Below, piece by piece: positions 9,520 through 18,533 of a stretch of 64,000 bases of DNA. The translations under genes were made by a program, and so were the position numbers. Within the stretch, counting starts at the first letter, position 1; each line of letters starts with the position of its first letter. Source of the stretch: a virus (Duplodnaviria > Heunggongvirae > Uroviricota > Caudoviricetes); IMG/VR virus record IMGVR_UViG_2909314774_000001; one strand, given 5' to 3'. The notes under the pieces were generated by a model. That model had not been told where the DNA came from. It ran no database searches and saw only the letters and a program-made list of their open reading frames with translations.

Positions 9520-9525
9520 GAGTGA

Positions 9526-9547
9526 GGCCACCAGCACGGTGGCTTTT
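9526..9547 (+). terminator. hairpin GGCCACC agcac GGTGGC + TTTT (member of a repeated GGCCACCA..TGGTGGCC hairpin family)
   Basis: stem-loop followed by T-run; related copies at 11621-11640 and 12094-12116. Confidence 0.55.
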
Positions 9548-9657
9548 GTCGCTATTAACCTCCGGGCAGCGCAGCACCGTAACGATATACTTTGTGGCCG
9601 TTTTCTTACTGGTATTGTTTACGCAATTCAGAAAACAACATGTTTAAGGATTGCGTT

Positions 9658-9987
9658 ATGTTTGCAAATATCGACATCAACCAAATCAAGAAAATGACTC
9701 AAAAAGAGTTTGACCAGTTTTATGAGTTAGAAGGTTGGTCTTCCACGCTGATCAATTCGCGCTGGGTGCTTGAGCTGATGACTCGTGATGACGCACCTGC
9801 TTTGATGATTTGCGACATGGGTGAAGATGCTGACTTTATGGATATGAGCGAATTTTGTGTGGACACATACAACCGCAGCCAGAAGTACTACTTCACATGC
9901 GATAGCGAAAATGACGTGATTTCTAAGGTCTATCTTCACCTCGTCCAGCATTGGGACGTTCAGGAGTTTCTTGAAGTATTCGAGTAA
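9658..9987 (+). CDS. small highly acidic early protein (about 109 aa)
   Basis: class-A palindrome 9629-9647 upstream; many more Asp/Glu than Lys/Arg; hairpin AAGCCAGCATTGCTGGCTT downstream. Confidence 0.5.
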   Translation: MFANIDINQIKKMTQKEFDQFYELEGWSSTLINSRWVLELMTRDDAPALMICDMGEDADFMDMSEFCVDTYNRSQKYYFTCDSENDVISKVYLHLVQHWDVQEFLEVFE

Positions 9988-10141
9988 CCCCAACCAAAGC
10001 CAGCATTGCTGGCTTAACTTAATCTGTAGCCGCAGGGAAGAACCTGCATATCGCTCATGCGCCTGATCAATATGCTTTGTAGCCGCTTTCTTACTGGTAT
10101 TATTTACGCCATTGAGAAAACAAGTTGTTTACGGAGTTGTG

Positions 10142-10453
10142 ATGAAAAAATCATTGGTTCTTGGTCTGGACAAAGACCAGAAGAGAAAAGAGAAGCCTGC
10201 GCTGGTTGCTCAATTAACTTTGCTGGACATCGTTGCCAATGGAACCTCTATTCGTCTGTTCCGTGAAACAGCGGTGTCTTTCGATAAAAACACCTTTACT
10301 CGTTATGTAATGAATGTTCGTCGCCAGCGTGGAAAAGGCTGGGTAGCATTTCAAAGAATGTGGCCGGAACATCAGCTCGAACTGGCTTTGATGGAAGTTA
10401 ACCGCGTGGCCCAGCAAGAAATTCAGAGAGCATCAGTGATGGCAATAGCCTGA
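10142..10453 (+). CDS. small basic early protein (about 103 aa)
   Basis: class-A palindrome 10113-10130, RBS GGAG, terminator 10489-10516. Confidence 0.5.
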   Translation: MKKSLVLGLDKDQKRKEKPALVAQLTLLDIVANGTSIRLFRETAVSFDKNTFTRYVMNVRRQRGKGWVAFQRMWPEHQLELALMEVNRVAQQEIQRASVMAIA

Positions 10454-10488
10454 TAATGTGCAAGTGGTAATTAGTCGACAGTACGACA

Positions 10489-10516
10489 GCCCCGCCATCC
10501 TTACGGGGCTTTTTTG
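10489..10516 (+). terminator. intrinsic terminator (GCCCCG ... CGGGGC + TTTTTT)
   Basis: GC stem with strong T-run. Confidence 0.7.
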
Positions 10517-10579
10517 TATTGTAAGTACATACTTACGATCATAGAATATAAAAATAACCAATACACTACGGAGAGTGAA

Positions 10580-10975
10580 ATGACCGTTAAACGCGAAAAA
10601 CTGACAGTTGATGTTTACTATGCCTCTGAAACCGCCGAAGGTAAGAATGTGGCAAAAATCACCGTTGTTACGTACAACACCGAAACTGGTGCCGAAGTCC
10701 AGGCCAGTACGATCGTGCGTAAAGGTGATGCCTCCGGCGGCGAGTACGCGACTCAATACCAGTCTATTTTCGATGCAACTGACCCGCTGCTGCTGAAAAT
10801 CGAGAACTACTTCCGCCAGGTTGATGAAGAGGTGTTTGAAACCATGATGAATATGGTTAACACCGTATTCGCCTCCAACCTGAATACCAACACTACCTGG
10901 ATTGGTCAGTACGGCCTGCGCATTACCTCCGGCATTCCTGCTGACACCTTAATCCCTGAAAGCGTATTCGCTTAA
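10580..10975 (+). CDS. hypothetical early protein (about 131 aa)
   Basis: RBS GGAGAG before ATG at 10580; class-B palindrome GTAAGTACATACTTAC at 10521-10536 upstream; terminator 10996-11020. Confidence 0.5.
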   Translation: MTVKREKLTVDVYYASETAEGKNVAKITVVTYNTETGAEVQASTIVRKGDASGGEYATQYQSIFDATDPLLLKIENYFRQVDEEVFETMMNMVNTVFASNLNTNTTWIGQYGLRITSGIPADTLIPESVFA

Positions 10976-10995
10976 TCCTCTTTAAATGGCGCGTA

Positions 10996-11020
10996 AACCG
11001 CGCCATTTTCTTATGCCCGA
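10996..11020 (+). terminator. intrinsic terminator (ATGGCGCG taaac CGCGCCAT + TTTC)
   Basis: perfect 8-bp GC stem. Confidence 0.65.
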
Positions 11021-11092
11021 TAACAATTTGTTTTCTGCCTTATCTGATTTGTGAAAATGATTTCACTGAAGCAACTTAATAAGGAAACCATC

Positions 11093-11467
11093 ATGGGACT
11101 TGATATCTATATCGAGACACAGCCTAAAAACGATCTGAATAACGAGGCATCCAGAAAGCGGGTTGCTTACTTCCGTAAGTTCAATGCGCTCGTTGGGTGG
11201 ATGGAGCGCAACGTAGGTGAAGTCGAAAATTGTGAACTTTTAGAATTAACGATGAATGACATTTGTTTTCTGAAGGCTCATTTGATGCACATAAACGAAA
11301 GTAATTGCGAAGAGTACTTGCCTACCCGGGAAGGTTTTTTCTTCGGCAGTCAGGAGTACGATGAAGGTTACTGGCATGATGTGGGGGAGTTGAAAGAGCT
11401 TGTGGAAGATCTGATTAAGAACCACGACTTTCACAATAACAGACTGACCTTCTGCGCCTGGTGGTAA
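11093..11467 (+). CDS. small acidic early protein (about 124 aa)
   Basis: class-A-like palindrome 11023-11037; RBS AAGGAAA; ORF-track start 11051 also possible. Confidence 0.45.
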   Translation: MGLDIYIETQPKNDLNNEASRKRVAYFRKFNALVGWMERNVGEVENCELLELTMNDICFLKAHLMHINESNCEEYLPTREGFFFGSQEYDEGYWHDVGELKELVEDLIKNHDFHNNRLTFCAWW

Positions 11468-11796
11468 ATATGGGCGATTTCAAGAAACGCCTGAAGGAAA
11501 GAGTCGAGATGGTCAGAAAGCAAAACGCCTCTTCTGTCATCAGATACGCAAGGCAGTTTAGTCGCAACAACAAATCAGTTGAGGAAAAGATCCTTAGCGT
11601 AATCGGGCGATAATTATTAAGGCCACCAGCATTGGTGGTCTTAAATGACTTTTAATAACCGAAGGTTAGTTTGAAACCTGGCTATCAACTTCCAGAACCT
11701 TTCTTGTGTATTCAGCCTGTATTAACTTCTTTTATGCCTTATCTACACTGCGATAATTACATCAACAAGAAAACAACATGTTTACGCAGTGAGGAT

Positions 11797-12084
11797 ATGC
11801 TCATGACTGATTTCACCATTACCCCTAAAGCACAAAATGTATTTCTTGAATCATGGCTGGACTTGCCGGAAACAGAACAGCAAGAAATGGATCATGTGGA
11901 ATATGACGAGCAGGTAAGCACGCGATTCTTCCACTTTGAGGGCTGCGTTTACGACATTGCCGACTTCATGCGAGATGACCGCTTCCCTGAATGGCACGCA
12001 AGCTATCCACTAAACGCCTTCGCCATGCTGATGATCCGTGTGGATGATTCAGGGGATACCATCGACATCGGTCTGCTCCACTAA
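11797..12084 (+). CDS. small acidic early protein (about 95 aa)
   Basis: class-A palindrome 11767-11783; RBS GTGAGGA; conserved hairpin AGGCCACCAatgcTGGTGGCCT at 12094-12116 downstream. Confidence 0.45.
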   Translation: MLMTDFTITPKAQNVFLESWLDLPETEQQEMDHVEYDEQVSTRFFHFEGCVYDIADFMRDDRFPEWHASYPLNAFAMLMIRVDDSGDTIDIGLLH

Positions 12085-12134
12085 AGAGTAAGGCCACCAA
12101 TGCTGGTGGCCTTAAATGACCATCCTGTTTCCCG

Positions 12135-12210
12135 CAGGCTAAAACACCAACCTCTTACCTCCAGGCAACCGACAAACCCACCTGTTCCCGTCCGGCTACC
12201 GCAACTTTCC
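12135..12210 (+). repeat. second cluster of CAGGCTA/CCGGCTACCG-type direct repeats in a C-rich, G-poor segment
   Basis: gcaggctaaaacaccaacct / ccaggcaaccgacaaacccacct / ccggctaccgcaactttcc. Confidence 0.45.
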
Positions 12211-12287
12211 ACTTTGACGCCTTATTCGTACAACGATAATTAACACCAACAAGAAAACAATTTGTTATTTACGATAAGGAATTAATC

Positions 12288-12770
12288 ATGAATTTTATCG
12301 CTACTGTAAACGCACCCGCACATGGCAATATCGCTGTAACGTTCTCTGACATTGAAAAACGAGTACTTGGTGCATGGCGCGACAATGAGACGGTAGAACT
12401 GTCAGCACAAGAAAAATGCATTATTGCACGCGACATCATTGGCAATCGTCGTTACTCGCGGGTATTTGAGAAAGCGTATGTGGTAAATTCTGGATTCGGA
12501 ACGTTCGTCTTTCCGGTGCGCTCCGGGCGATTCTGCCAGTCCAAGCTGATTGAGTTCGCTACGCAGATTTCTGTCTGGATTAAAACTCAATCGTCGTTCA
12601 AATTTTCCGACGATGAAGCAGTATCGCAGGGGATGCGGATCGCCAACAATGCGATTAAATGCAAAAACATTACGTATACCGCTGGCGTTGACACATGGAA
12701 ACTGTTTTGCGCTAACTTTATGCTGAATGTATACGCAAGCAACCGCATCCACATCCTTGATGGCGTGTAA
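12288..12770 (+). CDS. hypothetical protein (160 aa) flanked by both direct-repeat families
   Basis: class-A palindrome 12254-12268; RBS AAGGAA; followed by hairpin AGGGCC agaaac GGCCCT. Confidence 0.55.
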   Translation: MNFIATVNAPAHGNIAVTFSDIEKRVLGAWRDNETVELSAQEKCIIARDIIGNRRYSRVFEKAYVVNSGFGTFVFPVRSGRFCQSKLIEFATQISVWIKTQSSFKFSDDEAVSQGMRIANNAIKCKNITYTAGVDTWKLFCANFMLNVYASNRIHILDGV

Positions 12771-12780
12771 CTGAGAAGAG

Positions 12781-12905
12781 GGCCAGAAACGGCCCTTTCT
12801 CTATAGCCACCAGCTGCCGCAGGGAAATTTTCAGAAACGGCGAGGAACGCATTCATGAGCCGACGGGAAACGGCCAGGATTTTTTCGGGAAACGGCTGCA
12901 TTCGC
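12781..12905 (+). repeat. second cluster of GAAACGGC direct repeats (four copies)
   Basis: ggccagaaacggccc / cagaaacggcgagg / cgggaaacggccagg / cgggaaacggctgc. Confidence 0.55.
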
Positions 12906-13386
12906 CTTTATATAGAAAAAACATCGGGAAGCTGGTGGAATCCAACCAGCGGTTGTCGGACAGGTGAGCGGGGAAAATTATGATGACTTTCGTCGCCTGA
13001 GACATCCAGATTTCTTTCGTAGCGTAATCACATATGTGATTAAGTGGTGTGATTATGTGAAAAATCACGCGCACATAATACGCGAGCGGATACGGAACAA
13101 AACAAAATGCCGATCCGCGCCGACAATTAAACGCGGATCACATAGCAAGAATAAAAGCCAATGATTAACCATACACCATAACGCAATATAACGCGATTTA
13201 AGCGCGTTAATGCGCTAAGTAATGGGTATGTACTGGTAAGGATATAAAAGCGCGTCTATGGCGTTATTTTGGCGCTTATTTTTATGTTGTTGGAGTGAGT
13301 CAAAGACAATAAAAAAAGCGCCATCATTGGCGCGTTATGGTGGAAGTATTGGAAACGAAAAAAGCGCCCATAGTGGGCGCTCGATT

Positions 13387-13617
13387 TTATTTATGTAAAC
13401 TGATTTCAAATCCCATTTCTACAAACGCTTTTAACATTAAAAATATATCAGCGTCATTCACGTCTGCTTTTTTTCGCTCCTGGTCGCTCAATAAGTCAAT
13501 TTTGCGCGTCGTTTCATCTATAAGCTCGACTGCGCGCCCAGCGTAACCAGCGATCCCAGCGATGCGATTAACAAAATATTCATTGCGCACGTTAACGCCA
13601 GCGATAAGAATAAACAT
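13387..13617 (-). CDS. hypothetical small protein (76 aa)
   Basis: ORF bracketed by two copies of hairpin GCGCCCATAGTGGGCGC (13363-13380 and 13634-13650). Confidence 0.4.
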   Translation of the reverse strand: MFILIAGVNVRNEYFVNRIAGIAGYAGRAVELIDETTRKIDLLSDQERKKADVNDADIFLMLKAFVEMGFEISLHK

Positions 13618-13664
13618 GATTAAGCTCCTTAAAAGCGCCCATAGTGGGCGCCAGATTCCATTAA

Positions 13665-14315
13665 TTACGCTTTGAAAGCATCAGCCAGATAGTTATAGAA
13701 ATCATTTTTAATAAAGCGATATTGCTGCGTACCAGCTTTTGCGCTTCCCATTCCTTTGACTTTCTCAACAAGTCCAAGACGTTCGCAAAGATTGATAAGC
13801 TGGTTGGCTTGAGTGTATCCTGCGTCTAATTTTATTTCGTTGGCTTTTTTCGCTTCATTCATTAAATCGAAAACAGCGCCATTTGTGAACGTCTCGATCT
13901 CGTCGTTAATCATATCGATTAATGCGAATACACGAGATCCGGACATATCAGCGACGGAATAAACACACTTTCCAGCTTTAATGGATTTAACCAGATAAAC
14001 CAGTTTTTCCAGAGAATAACTATTAGTCATTGCATCACGGAAAAATACTTCTGGCGCTTGTTTGCTTGCTTTGATCGCATAGTAGAAAACAGAGCATAAT
14101 TTTTCGTCTTCTACTGCGTTTACGACGTTGTTGATGAAGTAAGCAAGTTTCGTGGTCGCAGCTTGCATGTTTGCTTTGTCTGCTTTTGTGTGCGTACCAT
14201 TTTTATAATGTTCGTTATATGTTTGAGTTGCCAGATCTGCTTTTTCGCGCAGCTCGTCGGATACAATGGCAGCAGCTTCAATGATGGATTTTTTAGAAAT
14301 GATAATGTTAGCCAT
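13665..14315 (-). CDS. hypothetical protein (216 aa) in an AT-rich segment
   Basis: long ORF with RBS-like GGAAAA upstream of the start; visibly lower GC than surrounding genes. Confidence 0.55.
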   Translation of the reverse strand: MANIIISKKSIIEAAAIVSDELREKADLATQTYNEHYKNGTHTKADKANMQAATTKLAYFINNVVNAVEDEKLCSVFYYAIKASKQAPEVFFRDAMTNSYSLEKLVYLVKSIKAGKCVYSVADMSGSRVFALIDMINDEIETFTNGAVFDLMNEAKKANEIKLDAGYTQANQLINLCERLGLVEKVKGMGSAKAGTQQYRFIKNDFYNYLADAFKA

Positions 14316-14554
14316 GATAATTTTCCTTATGTAAATTTAAAATTTATTGTCGTTAGCGTCTTCGCTTTCGACGAGTTCAATTATCGATACGTGAAAAAAG
14401 ATTGCAAGTGTTTTTTTAAAATTTTTTGCAGGGATGAAAGTCCTAGAAATAAAAGCGAGATCGTCGAAGGTGTTCCCTAAATAAATAATCGAATCCGGCT
14501 TTCGACCTTATATATATTTAGGTTATTTGATTTGTAGATATAAAGAAGTGATGT

Positions 14555-14586
14555 GAAAAATAATAACCGGACTTAGCCGGTTATTA
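14555..14586 (-). terminator. intrinsic terminator for the leftward helicase operon (AATAACCGG / CCGGTTATT, T-run on minus strand)
   Basis: stem-loop just past the 14598 stop with an A-run on the plus strand. Confidence 0.6.
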
Positions 14587-14597
14587 ACCTTATAGAT

Positions 14598-14906
14598 TTA
14601 TTGAACAGACTCTACAGCCTTACGATTGGTGTCAAATAGCGCATCAACGAACTGTGCCGATGACTTGCTAGATTCGCAATCCAACATTGCCCGTTCTTCA
14701 TTTGCCACTTTCTTACACAGTTCCACATTCTCACCTATCGCTTTTCCTGCTTTTACGGCTGCCGAAAATTGATACATGCAAACTGATACATTCTGAGACG
14801 TTGAGCACACATCATTCATCAGCGATTGAATGACAGGCTTATAGTCCATTGCATTTGCCGCAACTGAGCAAAGTAAAAATAATGGTGGTAACAATATCGA
14901 TTTCAT
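14598..14906 (-). CDS. secreted/periplasmic Cys-containing small protein (signal-peptide-like N-terminus)
   Basis: MKSILLPPLFLLCSVAANA hydrophobic leader. Confidence 0.55.
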   Translation of the reverse strand: MKSILLPPLFLLCSVAANAMDYKPVIQSLMNDVCSTSQNVSVCMYQFSAAVKAGKAIGENVELCKKVANEERAMLDCESSKSSAQFVDALFDTNRKAVESVQ

Positions 14907-14909
14907 AAC

Positions 14910-15434
14910 TCAAAAAGGCAAAATTCGTTCAACCCAATCGAACAAAACAACTATTTTTCTACCGTTCTCGACACGTAGTGTAACCTGACAAGCATCTGCG
15001 CCTGCTGACACCCCCTCAATTTCACGGCCATCCGCCATGTACACCCTTATAGATTTGTTTGCTTTGTAGGCTTGGTTGCAAATTGCAAAAAAATCGCGGC
15101 GTGATGGCCGATTATCGACATAATCAGGGTGAACTGTTAGTCGACCTTTGAAATCGTGAGCGATACTGTCAACCACACCTGATTCAATTGTACTAATGCG
15201 TTCAAGTGGGAGCCTTATACGATTTTCTTTGTCAAAAGGGGCTGGGCAAAGGTCAACTTTGTTACGAGATGGCATGAGGCCATAAACGTACATGCAAAAC
15301 GCCTGGCCATCTTCGAGAGTGACCCTTACAGGAATTTGTTCTCTGCGCCAGAACATCAGTAGTTTTTCAACGTTAGTGTAATCTCGCGGCCAGAGTTCAG
15401 CTTGGATACCGTAGGTAATATCTTTGGTTGTCAT
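14910..15434 (-). CDS. hypothetical protein (about 175 aa from the internal Met MTTKDITYG)
   Basis: ORF-track frame; start chosen to abut the upstream lipoprotein gene. Confidence 0.45.
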   Translation of the reverse strand: MTTKDITYGIQAELWPRDYTNVEKLLMFWRREQIPVRVTLEDGQAFCMYVYGLMPSRNKVDLCPAPFDKENRIRLPLERISTIESGVVDSIAHDFKGRLTVHPDYVDNRPSRRDFFAICNQAYKANKSIRVYMADGREIEGVSAGADACQVTLRVENGRKIVVLFDWVERILPF

Positions 15435-15438
15435 GTCA

Positions 15439-15861
15439 TCACAGAGTTGTTGGCAGAATGTCGATGTCACCAGAATTGCTGGTGAACACCCTGAATGCTT
15501 TTGTGTCTCCATTCTTCAGAGTCGTTTCTCGCTCTTGACGAGCGGGGTTTAGAGCACATAAACCTGCACCTTCAAGAGATGCACCCACAATTAATTCTCC
15601 GGCATTTAAATGGAAAGTCGCTTTTTCGCCTGTAGCCAGTTTTGCGACAGTTTCGCCGTTGATGAAAATGGAAGCATCACATCCAGCTCCTACAAAACCT
15701 GTGTCTCTCATTACCACCAACGTAGCTGGCGCTGCGCTTTGATACTTGAACACTTTGGCCTGCGGTGCTGGTTTGGCGTCATGGATTGATATTGGGCGTG
15801 ATTGGCACGCGGCAAGCATCAACACTGGTAACGTTAGTAGAGGGAGAAGCGAGTATTTCAT
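15439..15861 (-). CDS. putative lipoprotein (lipobox LMLAAC after a signal peptide)
   Basis: MKYSLLPLLTLPVLMLAACQS: leader plus Cys lipobox. Confidence 0.6.
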   Translation of the reverse strand: MKYSLLPLLTLPVLMLAACQSRPISIHDAKPAPQAKVFKYQSAAPATLVVMRDTGFVGAGCDASIFINGETVAKLATGEKATFHLNAGELIVGASLEGAGLCALNPARQERETTLKNGDTKAFRVFTSNSGDIDILPTTL

Positions 15862-15929
15862 GATAGTTTTAGAACAGAAAGTGAACAGTATGGGAGACTT
15901 CATCTTTGTCTCCCTAATTGATAGCGTGA

Positions 15930-16208
15930 TTATTTTAATCTGCTTAATAGCGTTTCGAGATCTTCCTTTGTCATATTAGAGTTCTCATAGATACGCATGA
16001 TTTTCTCACGAGTCTTAGCGGAAGCCCCGACAGAAGATATAACCTTGTCAAAGTCGGCCATTGTCAATTGTTCCAGAATGGTATTTATGACTTCAGCCTT
16101 AGACATTTTGATATTTTTTTCTTTTAGTTTCACTTGAAACTTTCCAAGTTTGTCATTGGCCTTATCAGACAATGCTACCTGACAGTAAGTTGTTTTCTTT
16201 TCACTCAT
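15930..16208 (-). CDS. hypothetical small protein (92 aa)
   Basis: ORF tightly packed between the helicase and lipoprotein genes. Confidence 0.5.
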   Translation of the reverse strand: MSEKKTTYCQVALSDKANDKLGKFQVKLKEKNIKMSKAEVINTILEQLTMADFDKVISSVGASAKTREKIMRIYENSNMTKEDLETLLSRLK

Positions 16209-16210
16209 AA

Positions 16211-17770
16211 CTAATCTCGTTTCAGAACTCCAAAATCGAATGCTCCATCAATAGGTAATACACCTTCTGCAAAGCCAGGTGTGGTGTCGATGATGTGTTT
16301 TCGCTCATAAGAGTGAGACAACAGGTATTTGTTGCTAATGTCAATGAAATCAGTGATAAAACACACGTTTGCCTGATTTTTTTTGGCTCGTAAGCCACGA
16401 CCGACACGCTGTCTCATTTCAACTTCTGCTTTCCCACCACCAGCAAGAATGACCGCGCCCACGCTTGGCACATCAACACCGACATCCAGAATAGTCGAGC
16501 CTATTAAAACATCTATTTCGCCAGACGCTAAACTGTTCAGCTTTGCTTGCCTTGTCGCCTGGTTCGATTCCCCATAAATGAAGTCAACTCTAAGGCCGGA
16601 CTCCTTCATCATCTCCATCAGGATTTGCCCGTGGCGTTTAAGACGAACCAGAGTCATACAATTGAGAGAATGTTGCTTATAGAGCAATGCTTCGCGCACA
16701 ATGGCCTCGTTACGTCCCAAATTATACACGATCCCCAACTGATAAGCCTTTTGGTAGGCAGTGCTCATACCTACTCTAAAATTGAGGTGTTTGTTGGCAA
16801 GTTCTGCCTTGATTCTGACCTCGTCCGGTTTGTAGGCAACTTTATGATAAAGGAAGTACGGCTTTGCCAGAATGCCTCGATCAATCAGGTACTTTTCTGT
16901 GACTTTAATTTCAATTCGCCCGGCCACCGCCATCAGGCGCATGTTGGCTTCCGTCGAATCCTTCATGAACGGCGTGGCCGTAAGCGCCAGACGATAGTCT
17001 GCGTTCACACATAATCTGGCAATGTCATAGAAATTAGAGCCTGAAGACTCATGCGCTTCTTCCAGAATAAGCAGAGACACACTTGAAAGGAAGCGTTTCA
17101 CCAACTCCCGACGTTTGAGGTGGTAGCTCTTTTTATCTGGTGTTGCATCGCGTGGTGGTTCTTCGAGGAAACTTGCAAGAGTTTGAACTGTAGCGACGTT
17201 GATATGTCGTGATACCTGGAACTCACCCGAGCCAATGACTCCAACCTTTTGGTCTTTTAACCACGGTTCGCCATTTTCGGCGCGGTAGTCGATGGATCTC
17301 TGGAAGTTTTCGGCCATTTGAAACATCAGAACAGAGCGGGTTGTTAAAAATAATGTCATTCGACCGATACGTGCAGCTGCTTTGCAGGCAACGTTAGATT
17401 TCCCGCCACCAGTAGCGATCTGCGCAATCATCATTCCCTCTCGAACCAGTGTTTCCACAGTCTGATCCTGATACGCATAATCAGGATTGTATGGGAATGG
17501 GTTAACCGCCGGATTTGGTTTACCAAGCGCCGGGGCTTTGTCTTTGCGGATATGAACACATTTGATGCCCGCCTTGTTCAAGTTCGCCGCTACAGGCTTG
17601 GCAAAGCCAGCAGGGAACGAGTTTTTACTCCAGTTGAACATCGTGCTTGTGCCCTTCCAGTCGCCAGTCTCGACTTCGTAGCTCAACATTTGCTGCACCA
17701 GTTGCTTTACCTTGTCATCTGCGCCAGAAATAAGCGCATTTACTGCGTTAGATACAATCCGAACAGTCAT
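16211..17770 (-). CDS. superfamily-2 DNA/RNA helicase (DEAH-like)
   Basis: motif I ATGGGKS, motif II LEEAHE, motif III LTATP, motif VI VGRGLR. Confidence 0.75.
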   Translation of the reverse strand: MTVRIVSNAVNALISGADDKVKQLVQQMLSYEVETGDWKGTSTMFNWSKNSFPAGFAKPVAANLNKAGIKCVHIRKDKAPALGKPNPAVNPFPYNPDYAYQDQTVETLVREGMMIAQIATGGGKSNVACKAAARIGRMTLFLTTRSVLMFQMAENFQRSIDYRAENGEPWLKDQKVGVIGSGEFQVSRHINVATVQTLASFLEEPPRDATPDKKSYHLKRRELVKRFLSSVSLLILEEAHESSGSNFYDIARLCVNADYRLALTATPFMKDSTEANMRLMAVAGRIEIKVTEKYLIDRGILAKPYFLYHKVAYKPDEVRIKAELANKHLNFRVGMSTAYQKAYQLGIVYNLGRNEAIVREALLYKQHSLNCMTLVRLKRHGQILMEMMKESGLRVDFIYGESNQATRQAKLNSLASGEIDVLIGSTILDVGVDVPSVGAVILAGGGKAEVEMRQRVGRGLRAKKNQANVCFITDFIDISNKYLLSHSYERKHIIDTTPGFAEGVLPIDGAFDFGVLKRD

Positions 17771-17852
17771 AAACCTCTTTCCTTAGTGCCTTTTGTATGT
17801 TATTTGGCTATTATAATAAGTAAGTGATTACTTAGTGGATTGTAGCAATAAA

Positions 17853-18533
17853 ATGGATGTAAAAATCACGATTTTGCAGGTTGATGTTGCCAACCTTCGC
17901 CCGAATACCTGGAACACCAATTCGGTTGGTGCGCAGAATTTTGAAAAACTGAAAGGTTCTATCGAAAAATTGGGCTTTTTTAAGCCAATTTTGGCTCGTG
18001 AACTTGAAGATGGATTTTTTGAAATCCTCGGCGGCGAACATCGCTGGCGTGCTGCTATTGAGCAAGGAATTTCAACGGTTCCGGTGCTTTCTGTGGGCAA
18101 AATTAGCGATGTCGTAGCTAAACAGATGTCACTGGTGGACAACGAGCGATACGGTGAAGACGACCAAATCGCATTGCAACGCTTCATTGAAGAAATTCAG
18201 TCAGAACTTGACTATCAACTGTCTGAAATCGCCCCGTATGACGACGAAATCTCGATGGTTTTAGCAAAAGAGGCGGCAATCGACCTTGAAGCACTGGAGG
18301 CGTTGTCTCGTGGTAGTGATGAGCCTGTCGATACCGACAAACGAGAGAAAACCGAACGTGTGGGGGCGGAACATCAGACCATGCGCTTCAAAGTAACTTT
18401 CGATGCGTCAGATCGTGTTGCAGAAACCATAAAAAACATCATCAAAGAGCAGGCTATTAACACCGGTAATGAAATGGAGAACGCTGGTGAGGCTCTGGTG
18501 TGGCTGGTCGACTACTACAAGGAGCGTATGTAA
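17853..18533 (+). CDS. ParB/Srx-fold (ParB N-terminal-like) protein 1
   Basis: GGEHRWRAA motif resembling the ParB GERRWRA box; start at MDVKITIL preferred over the track start. Confidence 0.6.
   Translation: MDVKITILQVDVANLRPNTWNTNSVGAQNFEKLKGSIEKLGFFKPILARELEDGFFEILGGEHRWRAAIEQGISTVPVLSVGKISDVVAKQMSLVDNERYGEDDQIALQRFIEEIQSELDYQLSEIAPYDDEISMVLAKEAAIDLEALEALSRGSDEPVDTDKREKTERVGAEHQTMRFKVTFDASDRVAETIKNIIKEQAINTGNEMENAGEALVWLVDYYKERM

Noticed and set aside
9637-9657. ATG inside the class-A palindrome as an alternative start codon
   Set aside because: The same central CATG occurs in other copies where the frame terminates within a few codons (for example 11767-11783), so the ATG is part of the regulatory palindrome.
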